Assembly: GCA_964016885.1 (NCBI GenBank)
Contig: OZ024743.1
Span: forward strand, 341,930,001-341,994,000
DNA from: Eledone cirrhosa
Taxonomy: Eukaryota
Reading direction: 5' to 3'
DNA: 64,000 nucleotides
Shown: positions 40,765 to 54,526 of the stretch, in pieces
Layout: every line of letters starts with the position of its first letter
How positions within the stretch are numbered: the stretch's first letter is position 1
The notes under the pieces: generated by a model
What the model saw: the letters and a program-made list of their open reading frames with translations, nothing else
The model's database searches: none
Told to the model about the DNA's origin: nothing
Made by a program: the position numbers and the translations under genes

Positions 40765-41050
40765 GATGCAGTGATGCCGTGAGTGGTATCACCCACTCCA
40801 AGCAGTTCCACAGGGTGTTGGAAGACAACGGCTATCCAGCACCATTCATCAACGGAATAGGGTACCCAGGCACAGGAGATAGAGAAACGGGACTGAAAAT
40901 TGCTTCTTCAAGATACCGCACCTAGGCGAAAAAACCACTAGCGCTATCCCCAGATTCATACGTAAGGAGGGTCTCGACATCCAGTTACCAAAATCGGAAC
41001 CCTCACTACGGAAAGTAGCATCGAATATGTCATCCATGTCATAAGCAGCT
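40765..41050 (+). mobile_element. Penelope-like RT thumb / C-terminal fragment
   Basis: QFHRVLEDNGYPAPFIN, then in another frame FFKIPHLGEKTTSAIPRFIRKEGLDIQL...SLRK. Confidence 0.5.
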
Positions 41051-41079
41051 GTCCAAAATGTCATCACGGTACTATCTAC

Positions 41080-41835
41080 CTATGAGGCATGATGTAGTGG
41101 CCAAAACACTGTAAATGCAATCCGTAGAAAGGATAGCTCCGACAATAAACACATTAAAAGCTACAGCAATGTGGAAGACATACATATACATATGAAATAG
41201 TACATATGAAATAGTACACGTTCCAGTCAAAACCCCCAAATAAAATGCAGGCGTAACAGACCAGATATAATGATATGGGACAGGGAAAAGAAGGCATGCA
41301 CAGTAGTGGACGTTAGCTGCCCAGCAGATGCCAATATAATATTAAAGTTTAGCGAAAAGGAGAATATCTGGCGCAGAACTAATGAGAAATATATAGATAC
41401 ACCACCCCGACTATACGTTTAGATTCATGCCTGTGATTATTGGGGCACTGGGATATGTTAGTAACCGCTGCAGTACAAATCTTGAGAAGCTAGGCTTCAC
41501 AGAAACAGAAAGAACACGACTAGTTAGGAAATTACAAGTACAATCCATAATGGAACAACAATAATATGAAAAACATTCCAAAATCCTGCATTTAAATACC
41601 GCATATACACTTGTACGATACAAAGCATATGCACAGGCACACATATGACTCAAAACATCCACATCCACACAAACAATAACATCCATACCTGCACACACAT
41701 CCATGCATGCCGACATGCGTACATATCTACCAAGTTGATGTTGTGTAAGTTCCAATGAGAGCGTCTTGTATCTATGTTAGAATCAACCTCTCTCTCTATT
41801 GGTAAACATTTGTGAAATTATAAAACCAGAAGAAC
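41080..41835 (+). mobile_element. Third RLE-type (R4/Dong-like) LINE 3' fragment
   Basis: Manual translation: CRRNRPDIMIWDREKKACTVVDVSCPADANI...KENI...FRFMPVIIGALG. Confidence 0.75.
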
Positions 41836-41851
41836 ATACATATATATATAT

Positions 41852-42700
41852 AAAAATATTTCGTATCTCCAAGGAAATACGGTTTTACGAAGCCGTAGCT
41901 ATGCAAACACCGTGGGGCTAACGCCCTCTGGTGATGTCCAACAGAAGCAAGGGAGACAACCGTCTATGCATTTCAGGCTTAACTGGCCATCGTCAGGACG
42001 GTCCCTCCCACCGCTTGCGACTGCTGAAATAGAAGACAGGTGAGAATATATACTTTTCTCCTCTGTGTAAATGAGGTGATTAATCTCATTTGCATATGAA
42101 GCTGCATAAGTTGGCTCAACTTATAATTAAAAAAAAATAGGATTTCGCTTCAAGCATAGCTTTATACAATATGTATAAATATTTCGTATCTCCAAAGAAA
42201 TACGGTTTTAGGAAGCCGTAGCTATGCAAACACTGGAAGGCTAACGCCCTCTGGTGATGTACAGCAGGAGCAAGGGGGATAACCGTCTATGCATTTCAGG
42301 CTTAACTGGCCTTCGTCAGGATGGTCCCTCCCACCGCTTGTGACATATTGTAAAAAGCTATGCTTGAAGCGAAATTCTATTTCTTTTTTATTATAAGTAG
42401 AGCCAACTTATGCAGCTTCATATGCAAATGAGATTAATCACCTCATTTACACAGACGAGAAAAGTATATATTCTCGCCTGTCTTCTAGTCCAGCACTCGC
42501 AAACGGTGGGAGGGACCGTCCAGTTAAGCCTGAAATGCATAGACGGTTGTCCCCTTGCCTCCGCTGGACAATACCAGAGGGCGTTAGCCCGCTGGTGTTT
42601 GCATAGCTACGGCTTCCTAAAACCGAATTTCCTTGGAGATACGAAATATTTATACATATTGTATAAAGCTATACTTGAAGCGAAATCCTATTTCTTTTTT
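41852..42700. mobile_element. 323-bp HHR repeat: 1.5 tandem units (minus) plus one inverted unit, retrozyme-like
   Basis: HHRs at 41959-42002 and 42282-42325 are exactly 323 nt apart. The inverted unit 42344-42700 has its core deleted. Same family at 45785-46405. Confidence 0.85.
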
Positions 42701-42715
42701 TATACACACACACAC

Positions 42716-42779
<64 letters not shown>

Positions 42780-42835
42780 TTCGTTTCTGAATTTGTTTAG
42801 CAAGATTCTTTATCTGAAATCGTGTGTTGAAACCG

Positions 42836-43236
42836 ATATTGTTATACTTTGGGAGGGTCATGTTGCCAATAAGAAACACACGCACCAGTTGCTTTCACTT
42901 CAATTTAATTTATTATATATTTATAAATTTACAAATTTATAAATTTCTGGTTGGTTGGTTGGTTCCACAACCAGATAGTTGTTTATATATATATAGTCAT
43001 AGTTCTTTCGTCACACACTCTGTGACCTCTTCAGTGACTGGTCACAGAGTGTGTGACGAAAGAACTATGACTATATATATATAAACAACTATCTGGTTGT
43101 GGAACCAACCAACCAACCAACCAGAAATTTATAAATTTGTAAATTTATAAATATATAATAAATTAAATTGAAGTGAAAGCAACTGGTGCGTGTGTTTCTT
43201 ATTGGCAACATGACCCTCCCAAAGTATAACAATATA
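42836..43236. repeat. Near-perfect ~400-bp palindrome with 12-nt spacer centred on an HHR
   Basis: Arms at 42836-43027 and 43040-43236. Confidence 0.9.
42995..43039 (-). ncRNA. Type I HHR
   Basis: AGTCA-CTGAAGA-G-GTCACA-GAGTG-TGTGAC-GAAA-GAAC-TA-TGACT. Confidence 0.8.
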
Positions 43237-43272
43237 TATACATACATATATATATATATATAGAGAGAGAGA

Positions 43273-43311
<39 letters not shown>

Positions 43312-43518
43312 ATATATACTTGGGGAGGGTCATATTGTTGTAATAATATTGCCAGAAATAACAACAGAACACACTCACTGTTTGGTTGGTTTTCGCTTCT
43401 GTATCTTTTATATCTCCATAGTTAATTCGTTCGTTCCTCAATGTTTACCATTCACTGACCAACGGTCAAAAATACAGATATCATATAGATATAAACACAT
43501 ATATATAGTCTAACAAAA

Positions 43519-43586
<68 letters not shown>

Positions 43587-43589
<3 letters not shown>

Positions 43590-44357
43590 ATGATATTAAA
43601 TAATTGGAATCTATATTTATAAAACCATATCTATTCTATTATATATATATATATTTCAAGGGTACCAAATCTTTGGTACATTCTCAAAAGATAAAATACA
43701 AAGTTTGATTTATAAATATTGACATATCCCGGAAGAAGATCTTAACGGTTCTAGTTTTTCCTGGATAGGTTCTTAACTAATAATCAATATACACATGAAA
43801 GAAAAAAAGATATTGACGAAGACATAAAGTTGTTTTACAGTAAATGTGTTCATTATATACCACGAATTATATAATTGATTTCTAGTATAGACAAAATTAT
43901 GGGAGTAGTCTTAGTGTATTTAAAATTAACAGAACTATATTTTCCCACAAAACACACAAGCATCAATAGTTTCTACGAATCACCTTATTTATATTTATAT
44001 ATATATATAATGTATATATGTATGTATGTATGTGTGTGTCTGTGTGTGTGAGAGAGGGAGAAGAATCAAACACTAAGTTCTCGATCGGTACATTATTTTT
44101 ATCGAACCCGGAAGACAAGACAAAGCTCGACCTCCGACTAAACCTCTACGTGTTCGTTCGACCTGTTAGAAATAGACAGTTTCCTATCCATGAAAAACTT
44201 GAACAGTTAAGATCTTCTTCCTGGATATGTCAATATTTATAAACAAACTTTGTATTTTATCTGATGAGGGCGTACCAAAGTTTTGGTACCCTTGAAATAT
44301 ATATAATAGAATAAATATGGTTTTATAAATGTAGTTTCCATTTATTTAATATCATTG
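43587..44357. mobile_element. Inverted-repeat element (arms 43587-43770 / 44180-44357) with HHR
   Basis: Diverged reverse-complement arms. (TA)n on the left. SINE-like debris in the spacer. Confidence 0.72.
44253..44313 (+). ncRNA. Type I HHR
   Basis: TATTTTAT-CTGATGA-GGGCGTACCAAA-GT-TTTGGTACCCTT-GAAA-TATATA-TA-ATAGAATA. Helix I is 8 bp. Confidence 0.8.
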
Positions 44358-44449
44358 AATATTATACTCCAGAAAAATGGTCGAGTGCTTCGAATCAGTT
44401 ATAAACATTTATATTTGTTGAATTACCAACAAATTAAATATCCCTTTTG

Positions 44450-44730
<281 letters not shown>

Positions 44731-45784
44731 TCAAAAATGTTATAGTCTGAAAAGAGCAACTTCATATAATTTTAATGAAATAATATTACTCGTGTAAATA
44801 TAACGGTTCGTTTGTCATTTTGTTGATTTAGTATTTGTTTCGAGCTATTAGTTCTTGCCTTGTTATCTGTTAGAATGTGTATAATTATTCTAACTGAATT
44901 TGCTTGTGTGTTCATCGTTTTACTCGATGGAATACGTTATTAAAACAAACATCTAGATATTTACTCAAAATCGCCATAGAAAGTAATAATATTCATTAAA
45001 AAACAAGAATTAGTTCCTCACAAACTAAGTGAACGCATCATGCCCGAATGATTACGGAGCTCGCTTCACAAATTTTTGTTATAAGTTCAACTCAACTGCC
45101 TTGCATCTTGTGTAACTATCATTTCCCATAATGGCAGGTGAATGAAATTGTATAGACGGGAGCAGGTTGGATGTCCGTTGGATGGATTTTAGTTGTAACG
45201 CACATGGTCAGTTTCGTCATACATTATGTCATACTGTATACCCCAGGGAATAACGTGACTATAGAATGCTCAGTCACATATACGTTAATTTCATGCACAG
45301 GCTGGTACGTTCTTCTATCAACTAGATCACTCATCGACGAAACCGATGAAGATCCTTTCTACCTATGCTTAATGAGTTCGTTGCACTTGCCAACGATGTT
45401 CAAGTTTGGTCAAACTGCGTGTCACATGGAACTATATAGCGTTTGTTTCATCAATGCTTTGTGGATGAAATTTCGTAGACGAAACTCCTTCAGAAGACAG
45501 CAGATATATTCAATATTACTGCTTCACTGCAAGTCAGGTCTAATAATTCAGTGAGAGGATAATAGCCATTTCATCTGTAACCAGAGGTGTAGATACAGTC
45601 GTCTTTCACTACATCAGTCAGTATGTTACACCATTTTTTAAATCCTATAATGTCAAATTTGTGGAGGAAATGTCTGATACAACCACTTAAAGCCGCCACC
45701 TTTTGGGTCAGGGTCTCTTATGTCAATGCCCCATTAAACAGTTATGTTTATGTTTAGTTCCCGAGAGTGTTCATGAAACTTATA

Positions 45785-46405
45785 TAATTATAAAAGAAAT
45801 AAGATTTCGCTTCAAGCATAGCTATATACAATATGTATAGAAATTTCGTATTTCTAAAGAAATACGGTTTTAGGAAGCCGTAGCTATGCAAACAACGGGG
45901 GGCTAACGCCCTCTGCTCGTGTCCAGCTGAAGCAAGGGGGACAATCGTCTATACATTTGAGTCTTGACTGGCCTTCGTCAGGACGGTCCCTTCCACCGCT
46001 TGCTAGTGCTGGACTTGAAAACAGTCGAGAATATATAGTTTTCTCGTCTGTGTAAAAGAGGTGAATAATCTCATTTCCATATGAAGCTGCATAAGTTGGC
46101 TCAACTTATAATAGAAATTGAAGCGAAATCTTTTTTCTTTTCTATTATAAGTTGAGCCAACTTATGTAGCTTCATATGCAAATGAGATTAATCACCTCAT
46201 TTGCAAAAACGAGAAAACTATATATTCTCGACTGTTTTCAAGTCCAGCAGTAGCAAGCGGTGGGAGAGACCGTCCTGACGAAGGCCAGTCAAGCCTGAAA
46301 TGCATAGACGGTTGTCCCCTTTGCTTCTGCTGGACACCACCGGTGTTTGCATAGCTACGGCTTCCTAAAACCGAATTTCTCTAGAAATACGAAATTTCTA
46401 TTTAT
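45785..46405. mobile_element. Fold-back copy of the 323-bp HHR family
   Basis: Minus unit 45785-46115 and plus unit ~46115-46405. Confidence 0.85.
46269..46312 (+). ncRNA. Canonical minimal type I HHR
   Basis: ACCGTC-CTGACGA-AGGC-CAGTCAA-GCCT-GAAA-TGCA-TA-GACGGT. Helix I is 6 bp, with a palindromic TGCA loop III. Confidence 0.92.
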
Positions 46406-48539
46406 ATAAGTATATAAATGTTGGTGCACGAATAATATAAACAAGCGAACATAGAAATAAATCTCTCAAATGATATATATTAAAAACCACTTCCAAAAAT
46501 CAAATATGAAAATACATGGTGATGTATTTTGTAATATAGTTACACGAAATTTCGAATCATACATTTAGTATCAGCTGATCATTCTGTGTGAAGTTAATAC
46601 ATAAATAATTATAATTCATTCTGGCGCCACAACCTCGCCATTCTGAATCGCATTAGACTGAAATAGTAAACAGATGTAACTGAATAATGCAATGCCTTTT
46701 ATCAGTATCTTTACCAATTCTAGGATTGCACTTCCGTCCTTTTGTTTATTATATTAAGAGGATTAACTATTTTGCAGTCATTTTAGCCAGATCTCCAGAT
46801 TTTAATATTAACTGTAAAAAATACATACAATGCAGAATATTTTATCCGAAACTTTAGCGTTTTATGTTATATGTCATAAATGATAAATAAAATATGAATT
46901 ACTTTACTGCCTCTTAATTTACTGACGTATAAGCTTTTATTTGAATTGTTGTTCAAACAGTAAGGTTAATAATCGCTTTCTTATCATTCCAGGTTTTATT
47001 TCCTATATATATACGTGTGTATGTACAGGTGTGTGATCTTTAGCTGATAACTAGTAAGGTTAATTTTCATATTAGCCTTTACATCTATGTATGTTGTTAG
47101 TTGAGAAAAAAAACGTCCCTCGTCAAATCACAACCCACCACCACAAAACAAATGCTTAGCTTGAAGAGCTGAATGTCGAGCATTGACGAATTAATATGGT
47201 CGCGAAAAAACAACAGGGTTTGAAGTTATGTGCGGTAAGACAGCATACAGTGGCTGCCTGGAAGAGAAGGAACAAAATGAAATGCGAGATGATATGTGTC
47301 GGTCAGCGAGGATTAATATGATTTACAGCTAGATAAAAATAAGACACTGAAACCTTTTCTGTAAAGTTATCAGAAGATTAAGAGTACGTTGCATGTTTTT
47401 ACTAGTGGCTAATGAGTGAGCCCTCAAAAACAATCGGATGAGCATTTTTATTATTAACTATTTGTGTATGTGTTTGTGTGTGGGATGTAGAATGCTTCTG
47501 GATCTAGAAGCAATTATGAAAACAGTACTCTTTTGTAAGTTTCACGTAAGATTTGTAGACTCATTATTTGTTCCTGAAATATATATTGTCTGCATTTTTT
47601 CTTTCCGGGGAATATGTTGATAAATAAACCTCATTTGGTCATTCCATGAGAGTATCTTAGTCAGCCTATGAACTTGTCATCTCTAAGATTACTTAAAATA
47701 ATTTGGCTCAAAATGAATGAAGCCATATTTCTTGGTCTTAACACGTGAAACTCTTATCTAAAACGTAATTTTGCTATGTTTTGAATATGAAGAAAGTTGT
47801 ACAGGTTTGGTAAATATCGGACAATGTTATCCAATGTCTTTCTTTTTTATGAATAATGGGTGTAATTTGATGGTGGTACTTGGCATTAATTGCTGTAGAT
47901 TGATTGAAACCGTCTCACGTTTCAAACACATTGATTAGCTCCATGACGGCCTTGATAGAACTTACTAATAAAAAGCATTTAATTCATGTGGGCCACACAC
48001 TTCTTATTTACAGGAATAATGTACTCCGACCTACATTATCCATAATATCCTTATTTGATACAGGTGTGTGTTGTTTCTAGAGATTTTGGCTGCTGTTTTA
48101 ATCAGGCCAAGCGATTACCTATAGTAACTCTCATTGCTCTTGCATATCCAATGAATTAGAAATAACAAGCAAAACAGTTCGCTGTCATTGTTTAGTTAGA
48201 CGTAAGTCAGAAATGATTATCTAGATATGCTAGACAAACTTTAAATGTACAATGATTCCTTTCGTTATAAAGTTTTGAAATTGTAGGATATTCCGAAGTT
48301 ATAGTTGCTTTTTCCAGTGTGCAAACGACTAAATGAAGCACAGACCATAACTACGATTTTCTATTTTTAGAACCTATTTGGTTATACACAAATATATTTG
48401 CCACTAAAATATAATCGAGTTAGAAATACATTGAGTACTGAAGGTTATACAGATGGATATTTTCGTATGGTGGGTGATCATTTGTCAAGCAAATATATTG
48501 AAATATCATATTAATATCCCCTTTTATGTATCTATCTAT

Positions 48540-48900
48540 CTAAGCCGGGTAAAATTCCCGAGATCCATGGACGAGTTCTCTCCAGCGGTCTCTGTCCCTC
48601 ATTATCGCTGCCATGTCCTGCGTCGCCAACAGACCAGTGTCTGTCCTTAGGGCATCAACATACGTTAACCTTGGTGTTCCTCTTCTAGTGTGTCCATGTA
48701 GGGGCTGCCACAGGAGCACTGAGTGCAATGTCAACTCTGGATGTCGGTGAGCATGTCCAGCTAACCTCAGTCTCCTCTGTGTCACATTTAGCTGACTTTT
48801 GGGATGCTCCCATACAGCTGTGAGTTTTTCATCCTCAGTGTATACTGATTAATATTCAGAGCCATCCTCAGCATTCTCGTGTAGCACCCGTCCACCATTG
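48540..48900 (-). mobile_element. RTE-clade LINE 3' fragment, same family as 1135-3070
   Basis: TQRRLRLAGHAHRHPELTLH...[16 protein letters not shown] matches 2725-3070. Confidence 0.9.
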
Positions 48901-48918
48901 GGAATATATATATATATA

Positions 48919-51427
48919 GAATAAGGAAAAGCGAAGTAGTTTCAGATGTTCAAGTCTTTTAATAATTATGCTGTGATATATATTTCAATGACGACACTGG
49001 CCGCACTGTTCTGTGTGCCAGTGTCGCGACATCGTCAGACCGCTTGTTACATAATAAGGTTATGTTTCCAAGGCAATCCAGATTGAATCGACATGGGAAC
49101 GGCCGAAGTGTGAGCTTTTGGGTTCTTCATCCGTTCCCCTGTGAGTACCAATTCACGCCCACCGGTCTGCGCAGGCGCAGGTCCGGAGGAAGTTGACCAT
49201 TAGCCACCGCAGATTTCAACGAAATTCGCTTAGTCAGTTCCCCCTCTCAGCCAAACAGTGACCCATTCAGGCCTGTACCATAGTTTACTGCTACCCATCC
49301 CGTCTGTGGCAGTCAGCCGAAAGCCAGAGGGGATGGAAGAGTGTTAGTATTTGCAGGTCTCAATACCACCTCTCACCAAGCAGGGACAGTACAACTGACC
49401 ATCAACCCCGAAGAGAAAATATACTTAATTCTAGGTATCATGGTTTCACATTGGAAGTCATGAGTGAGAGTTGGAAATAAAAATAAAAATTTTAAATCGA
49501 AAATCCTAAATCAGATATCAGAAATTATAAATAAAAAAATAAAAAACTTAACAATTAGAAATTAAACATTTTTTCAAGTGAGAATCCGGATTGAGGTGAG
49601 TAAAAAAATATATAGATTGAAGTGAGTAAATAATATGCAGATCATGTTTAAGTAAGAAGTTCTGAGAGGGGTTCCAATGTCACAGTTACACTACCACATA
49701 TTGAACGATAGTACCGTACAGTAGAACGGAGGGTAAATTACAGTATGAAAGTCAGTAGTCAATCGGGTACATAGTCATAATTTCCATCACATGGAACAAA
49801 ACCAAAAAAGAAACAGATATAAAGTACACAAAGGAAAAAAAACAATAATGAATAAATGCAAATACACATACAGTACATATATGCAAAATGATCCATATGA
49901 TTTTCAATTTTTCCATGTATAGATTGAGTTGAGGGGGCTTCTGTTCAAATGCGATTTGGTGCAGGAAAAATGGGGTTTATCTTTGTATTTATTTCCGCGT
50001 ATTTAACCTGCCGAAAGTTATTATTATGTCCGTCCAGTGTCAGGGGTTTCCACCCCCATAGTAGAGGTAATTTCTGGGTGTAGCTCATGGTTGGTTCCTC
50101 TCCTCTCCACCATATCGGTTATATCAAGAGCGCTCAACTAATTGGAGATAAATTCTTAGGGTAAATATTGATGCAATTCAATTCAAGCACTCAACGTACT
50201 TTTTCCACGTAGGAGTGACGGAGTAAATATCGAATAAGGAAAAGCGAAGTAGTTTCAGATGTTCAAGTCTTTTAATAATAATGCTGTGATATATATTTCA
50301 ATGGCGACAGTGGCCGAACTGTTCTGTGTGCCAGTGTCGCGACATCGTCAGACCGCTTGTTACATAATAAGGTTATGTTTCCGAGGCAATCCAAATTGAA
50401 TGGACATGGGAACGGACGAAGTGTGTGCTTTTGGGTTCTTCATCCGTACCCCTGTGAGTACCAATTCACCCCCACCGGTCTGCGCAGGCGCACGTCCGGA
50501 GGAAGTTGACCATTAGCTACCGCAGATTTCAACGAAATTCGCTTAGTCAGTTACCCCTCTGAGCCAAACAATGACCCATTCAGGCCTGTACCATAGTTTA
50601 CTGCTACCCATCCCGTCTGTGGCAGTCAGCCGAAAGCCAGCGGGGATGGGAGAGTGTTATGTTTTACTGGTCCCAATACTACCTCTCACCAAGCATGGAC
50701 AGTACAACTGACCATCAACCCCTAAGAGAAAATATACTTACTTCTAGGTATCATGGTTTCACATTGTCGATTCAATCTATACTTGGACAAATTGACAATC
50801 ATATGGATCATTTTGCATATATGTACTCTATGTGTTTTTGCATTTATTCATTATTGGTTCTTTTCTTTTGTGTACTTTAAATCTGTTTTTTTTTTTTTTT
50901 TGTTCTATGTGATGGAAATTATGACTATGTACCCGATTGACCACTGGCTTTCATACTGTAATTTACCCTCTGTTCTACTGTACGGTACTATCATTCAGTA
51001 TGTGGTAGTGTAACTGTGACATTAGTGCCGCTTTGAGAACCTCTTACTTAAACATCTCTCTGCATATTATTTACTCACTTCAATCTATATATTTTTTTAC
51101 TCACCTCAATCCAGATTCTCACTTGAAAACATTTTTTATTTCTACTTGTTAAATTTTTTTATTTTATTTATTTTTTTATTTATAATTTCTGATATTTGAT
51201 TTAGGATTTTCGATTTAAAATTTTTATTTTTATTTCCAACTCTCACTCATAACTTCCAATGTGAAACCATGATACCTAGAATTAAGTATATTTTCTCTTA
51301 GGGGTTGATGGTCAGTCGTACTGTCCATTGTTGGTGAGAGGTAGTATTGGGACCTGTAAATACTAACACTCTCCCATCCCATCTGGCTTTCGGCTGACTG
51401 CCACAGACGGGATGGGTAGCAGTAAAC

Positions 51428-51430
<3 letters not shown>
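48919..51430. mobile_element. Non-coding 1313-bp HHR unit: 1.4 tandem copies plus an inverted segment
   Basis: 48919-49455 recurs at 50232-50765. 50765-51430 is the reverse complement of ~49280-49930. (TA)n flanks. Confidence 0.82.
48970..49043 (-). ncRNA. Type I HHR with extended helix II (copy at 50283-50356)
   Basis: GCGGT-CTGACGA-...CGACACTGGC/GCCAGTGTCG...-GAAA-TATATA-TC-ACAGC. One mismatch in helix I. Confidence 0.72.
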
Positions 51431-51477
<47 letters not shown>

Positions 51478-51540
51478 TAGATAGAGAGAGAGAGTGCCAG
51501 AGGTAGAAACAGAGAGAGTGTATAAATATAAACATATACA

Positions 51541-51599
<59 letters not shown>

Positions 51600-51667
51600 C
51601 CCCCTCCGCCTTTTGGGATTCTTTCTCACGTCGTGTAGACGCGTTCTTGAAGCTATAAAATGAGGTA

Positions 51668-51757
51668 TCCTCTTGATAAGTCGGCAGACCTCGCAAAGGC
51701 TCTATATCTTTATGATGTACTGTTTTTATTTATGCCACGAAACTACGTAGTCGAGGA
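51668..51757 (+). ncRNA. Type I HHR with U3-A8 core, in a ~220-bp insert between (TA)n tracts
   Basis: TCCTC-TTGATAA-GTCGGCA...TGCCAC-GAAA-CTACGTAG-TC-GAGGA. Confidence 0.8.
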
Positions 51758-51820
51758 ATCTAGGAGCAGTTTAGGTATGATACATTTTATTACTAATTAT
51801 ATCTAAATGTTCCTTCTCTC

Positions 51821-51856
<36 letters not shown>

Positions 51857-51857
<1 letters not shown>

Positions 51858-51930
51858 TTCCGTCTGATTACACATAATCAGCGTTGATTGACCATGCTAT
51901 CGACTGAGAGCTGTGTAATCAGACGGAAGC
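51857..51930. repeat. 19-bp perfect inverted repeat (GCTTCCGTCTGATTACACA) next to (TA)n
   Basis: Seen directly. Confidence 0.85.
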
Positions 51931-53936
51931 CTTCCCCGGTTTGGGTACCTAAAGGATTTACCTATATATATGTTATCAGACAGCGTGTCAGTATAAAAGA
52001 GAAGAGAGAGCGTATCTCGTATACATCTTCAATTTAATACATCATCTTGTTATGCACATTTTAAAAACATCAAAGTCGTTCTGTAATGATTATTTGATGT
52101 GTTGTCATCAGACACGGATTTATGTGTAATATAATTTTGTTTTTGAATTTTATATGCTGACCATAGTATGGAACACGATGGTGGCAGTCGGGCTAAAGGA
52201 CGCATGTATAAAGCAAACAGAAATAACAAACCAAACGGCACAGATCATTGAAAAAATACGTTAGTCTAACGCTTGAAATAACAGGAAAAGAGGTTTGTCG
52301 TTTCGGACACTAATCCTTCATCAGAAGATAGAACTAGAAATGAAAGCCAAGATGAAAAGATAAATAGTGAGAAGAGGGAGGAAGGAAAAAAATGAGAAAA
52401 TAAAACACAGGTGCGTATTTCGTCAGCCATATTATTTTAGCGATCTCTTTTCATAGAGATGTTATGTATATTCGTGACAAATTTACTTCTGCATAATTTA
52501 CAGCACCCTATATGATGAGCTGATAGACGGTCTATATCGACTGCTATTTATTGGGGCAGTTTAGATTCGTCATTTGTTGGCATTTCTGACTGTGAATTTC
52601 ACACAGTGGGTTAAAACACCTAATGATTGTGTGAATTTATTAAACTAGAGACTATTAAATCTAGCAGACGGCGTACTGCACAGTCTCCACCTACCAAATT
52701 TCACTTACACGCCTTCTCTACTTAATGATATGGTAGTCGAAGCTCCTCTACACCTTTGTGTAACGCGGTGATATCAATAAAACATGGAACCATGTGATTC
52801 CTCTTCGTATTCATACATGAGCCTATCGCGGGCGTTGAACTTTATGCTACATGTTAAATTAACTAGCAGCAGTAGCCACCTCCAGCCACGAGTGTATTCG
52901 AAAGCAATTTCACTACAGATTTCCCTAAAGAACAGAACATTTACGAATCAATTATATTCTTATATTCTCCTAATCTTATGTATTTATTTTCTCATGTACT
53001 CGCGTTGAATTCTGAGTAGTGGGAATTGCTTTTCAAAAATGTTCTATCTTCTTCTTCTCTTTTCTCTTCCTCTTTTTCTAATTTCAACCAATTCTTAATT
53101 TCGAACAGCAAGAACGTTCTTCCTTTATTCTTTTGATTTCCTTTTCGAATTATGTTTTTCTTCTATTCATAGTCGTCATTTTTTTTTTTTTTTCGTATTT
53201 GAGATTCATAGGTGAATAGGAAGAACTTTTCCCTCTTTTCTCTTTTGAATGTTTCACTTGTATTAGTTATTCTTTCTTGCTTTAATTTTTCATTTTATTT
53301 TTCTTCTTTCGGTCAATTTGTAATTTATTTTGGACATTTCTAGTTGTAGTTCTTCCATTGACATTATTTTAGGTTTCCCGGCTGTTCACTTATAATGTTT
53401 CTTCACTATCAATCTCGAAGTAAAATGACTTTTACATATCTTTCTTTAGCAATCAGTTTTTTTATTTCAAACTGCCCGACAACGACCATGTATAGAAGCT
53501 AAAAACTGATTGTTTGTTCTTTTAAAATGAGAATCAAGTCTTTTTTTCTAATCACAAATAACCTCTTAAATTATATTGCCAGAGATACAAAATGACCGTG
53601 CCTAAAATGCGTTGATCATATGTTTGCTCGAATCCTTATAGAGTTGGTTCACCTGCTAGAAATTGCAGTTACAATTCAATTATGTTATTCTGAATATCTG
53701 CAAAAAGGAAGATTTTTTCGAAAATGTAAATATATTTTGGCATATACTGTTGTATGAGTACAACAATGTTGCGATTGGAATGGTTTTAATCATAGGCATG
53801 GCCAACCAATTTGCATTTTCATTTTCAATAAATATTCACAATATAATTATATACGTAACAAACTAAATATCAAATACAAAATGTTAAATAAATCAAAAGA
53901 TAAATTGAGAAAATTACCTGAACATATATAGAGAGA

Positions 53937-54086
53937 AAGGTTTAGTTAAGTGGTTCAGATGTTCGTTTGCTGCCACGTGTTTTCGGGTTCTTCCTCACTA
54001 GTTACCATTAGGTAACTTCTCCCATAACCCAAATTAGACCAAATCATCATGAAGTGGATAGACATGAAGCGTCAAAAAGCCCTTCA
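53937..54086 (+). mobile_element. Highly decayed tRNA-derived SINE of a second family
   Basis: Degenerate A-box (GGTTTAGTTAAGTGGTT) and B-box (CGGGTTCTTCC), with 3' part GTGGAT..AGAC..AAAAAGCCC. Confidence 0.35.
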
Positions 54087-54184
54087 CGAGATGTCAACAT
54101 GAATGGACCTATTATGTTTATCTAAAGACTTGTTTTCCAATTCCATCCTACCCGTGCCCTTAATCTATTTTATTTCTCATTCTT

Positions 54185-54220
54185 TCTTCTGATGAAGGAC
54201 TAGCGTCCGAAACGTTAAGA
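54185..54220 (+). ncRNA. Minimal type I HHR (decayed inverted relative at 52295-52328)
   Basis: TCTT-CTGATGA-A-GGAC-TAGC-GTCC-GAAA-CG-TT-AAGA. The downstream CCTG..CAAGCGTTA..CTAA tail is shared with ~52260-52295, ~4775-4795 and ~17155-17175. Confidence 0.82.
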
Positions 54221-54455
54221 CCCTCTTCCTGCTATATCAAGCGTTAACCTAATATATACCTTCCATATACATTACCGATTGTGTTGTTATTTCTGTTTAC
54301 CTTTTATATACATATATATATGTATATATACAGGGTGGGCCAGAATTCATAACTCACTTGATTATTTATAGATTATTTATAGATTATTTATAAATTAAAA
54401 AAAACCTGTGAGGCATATTAAGAAACATAACTAACAAGCGTGTCATGAATTCTAG

Positions 54456-54520
<65 letters not shown>

Positions 54521-54526
54521 TACATG

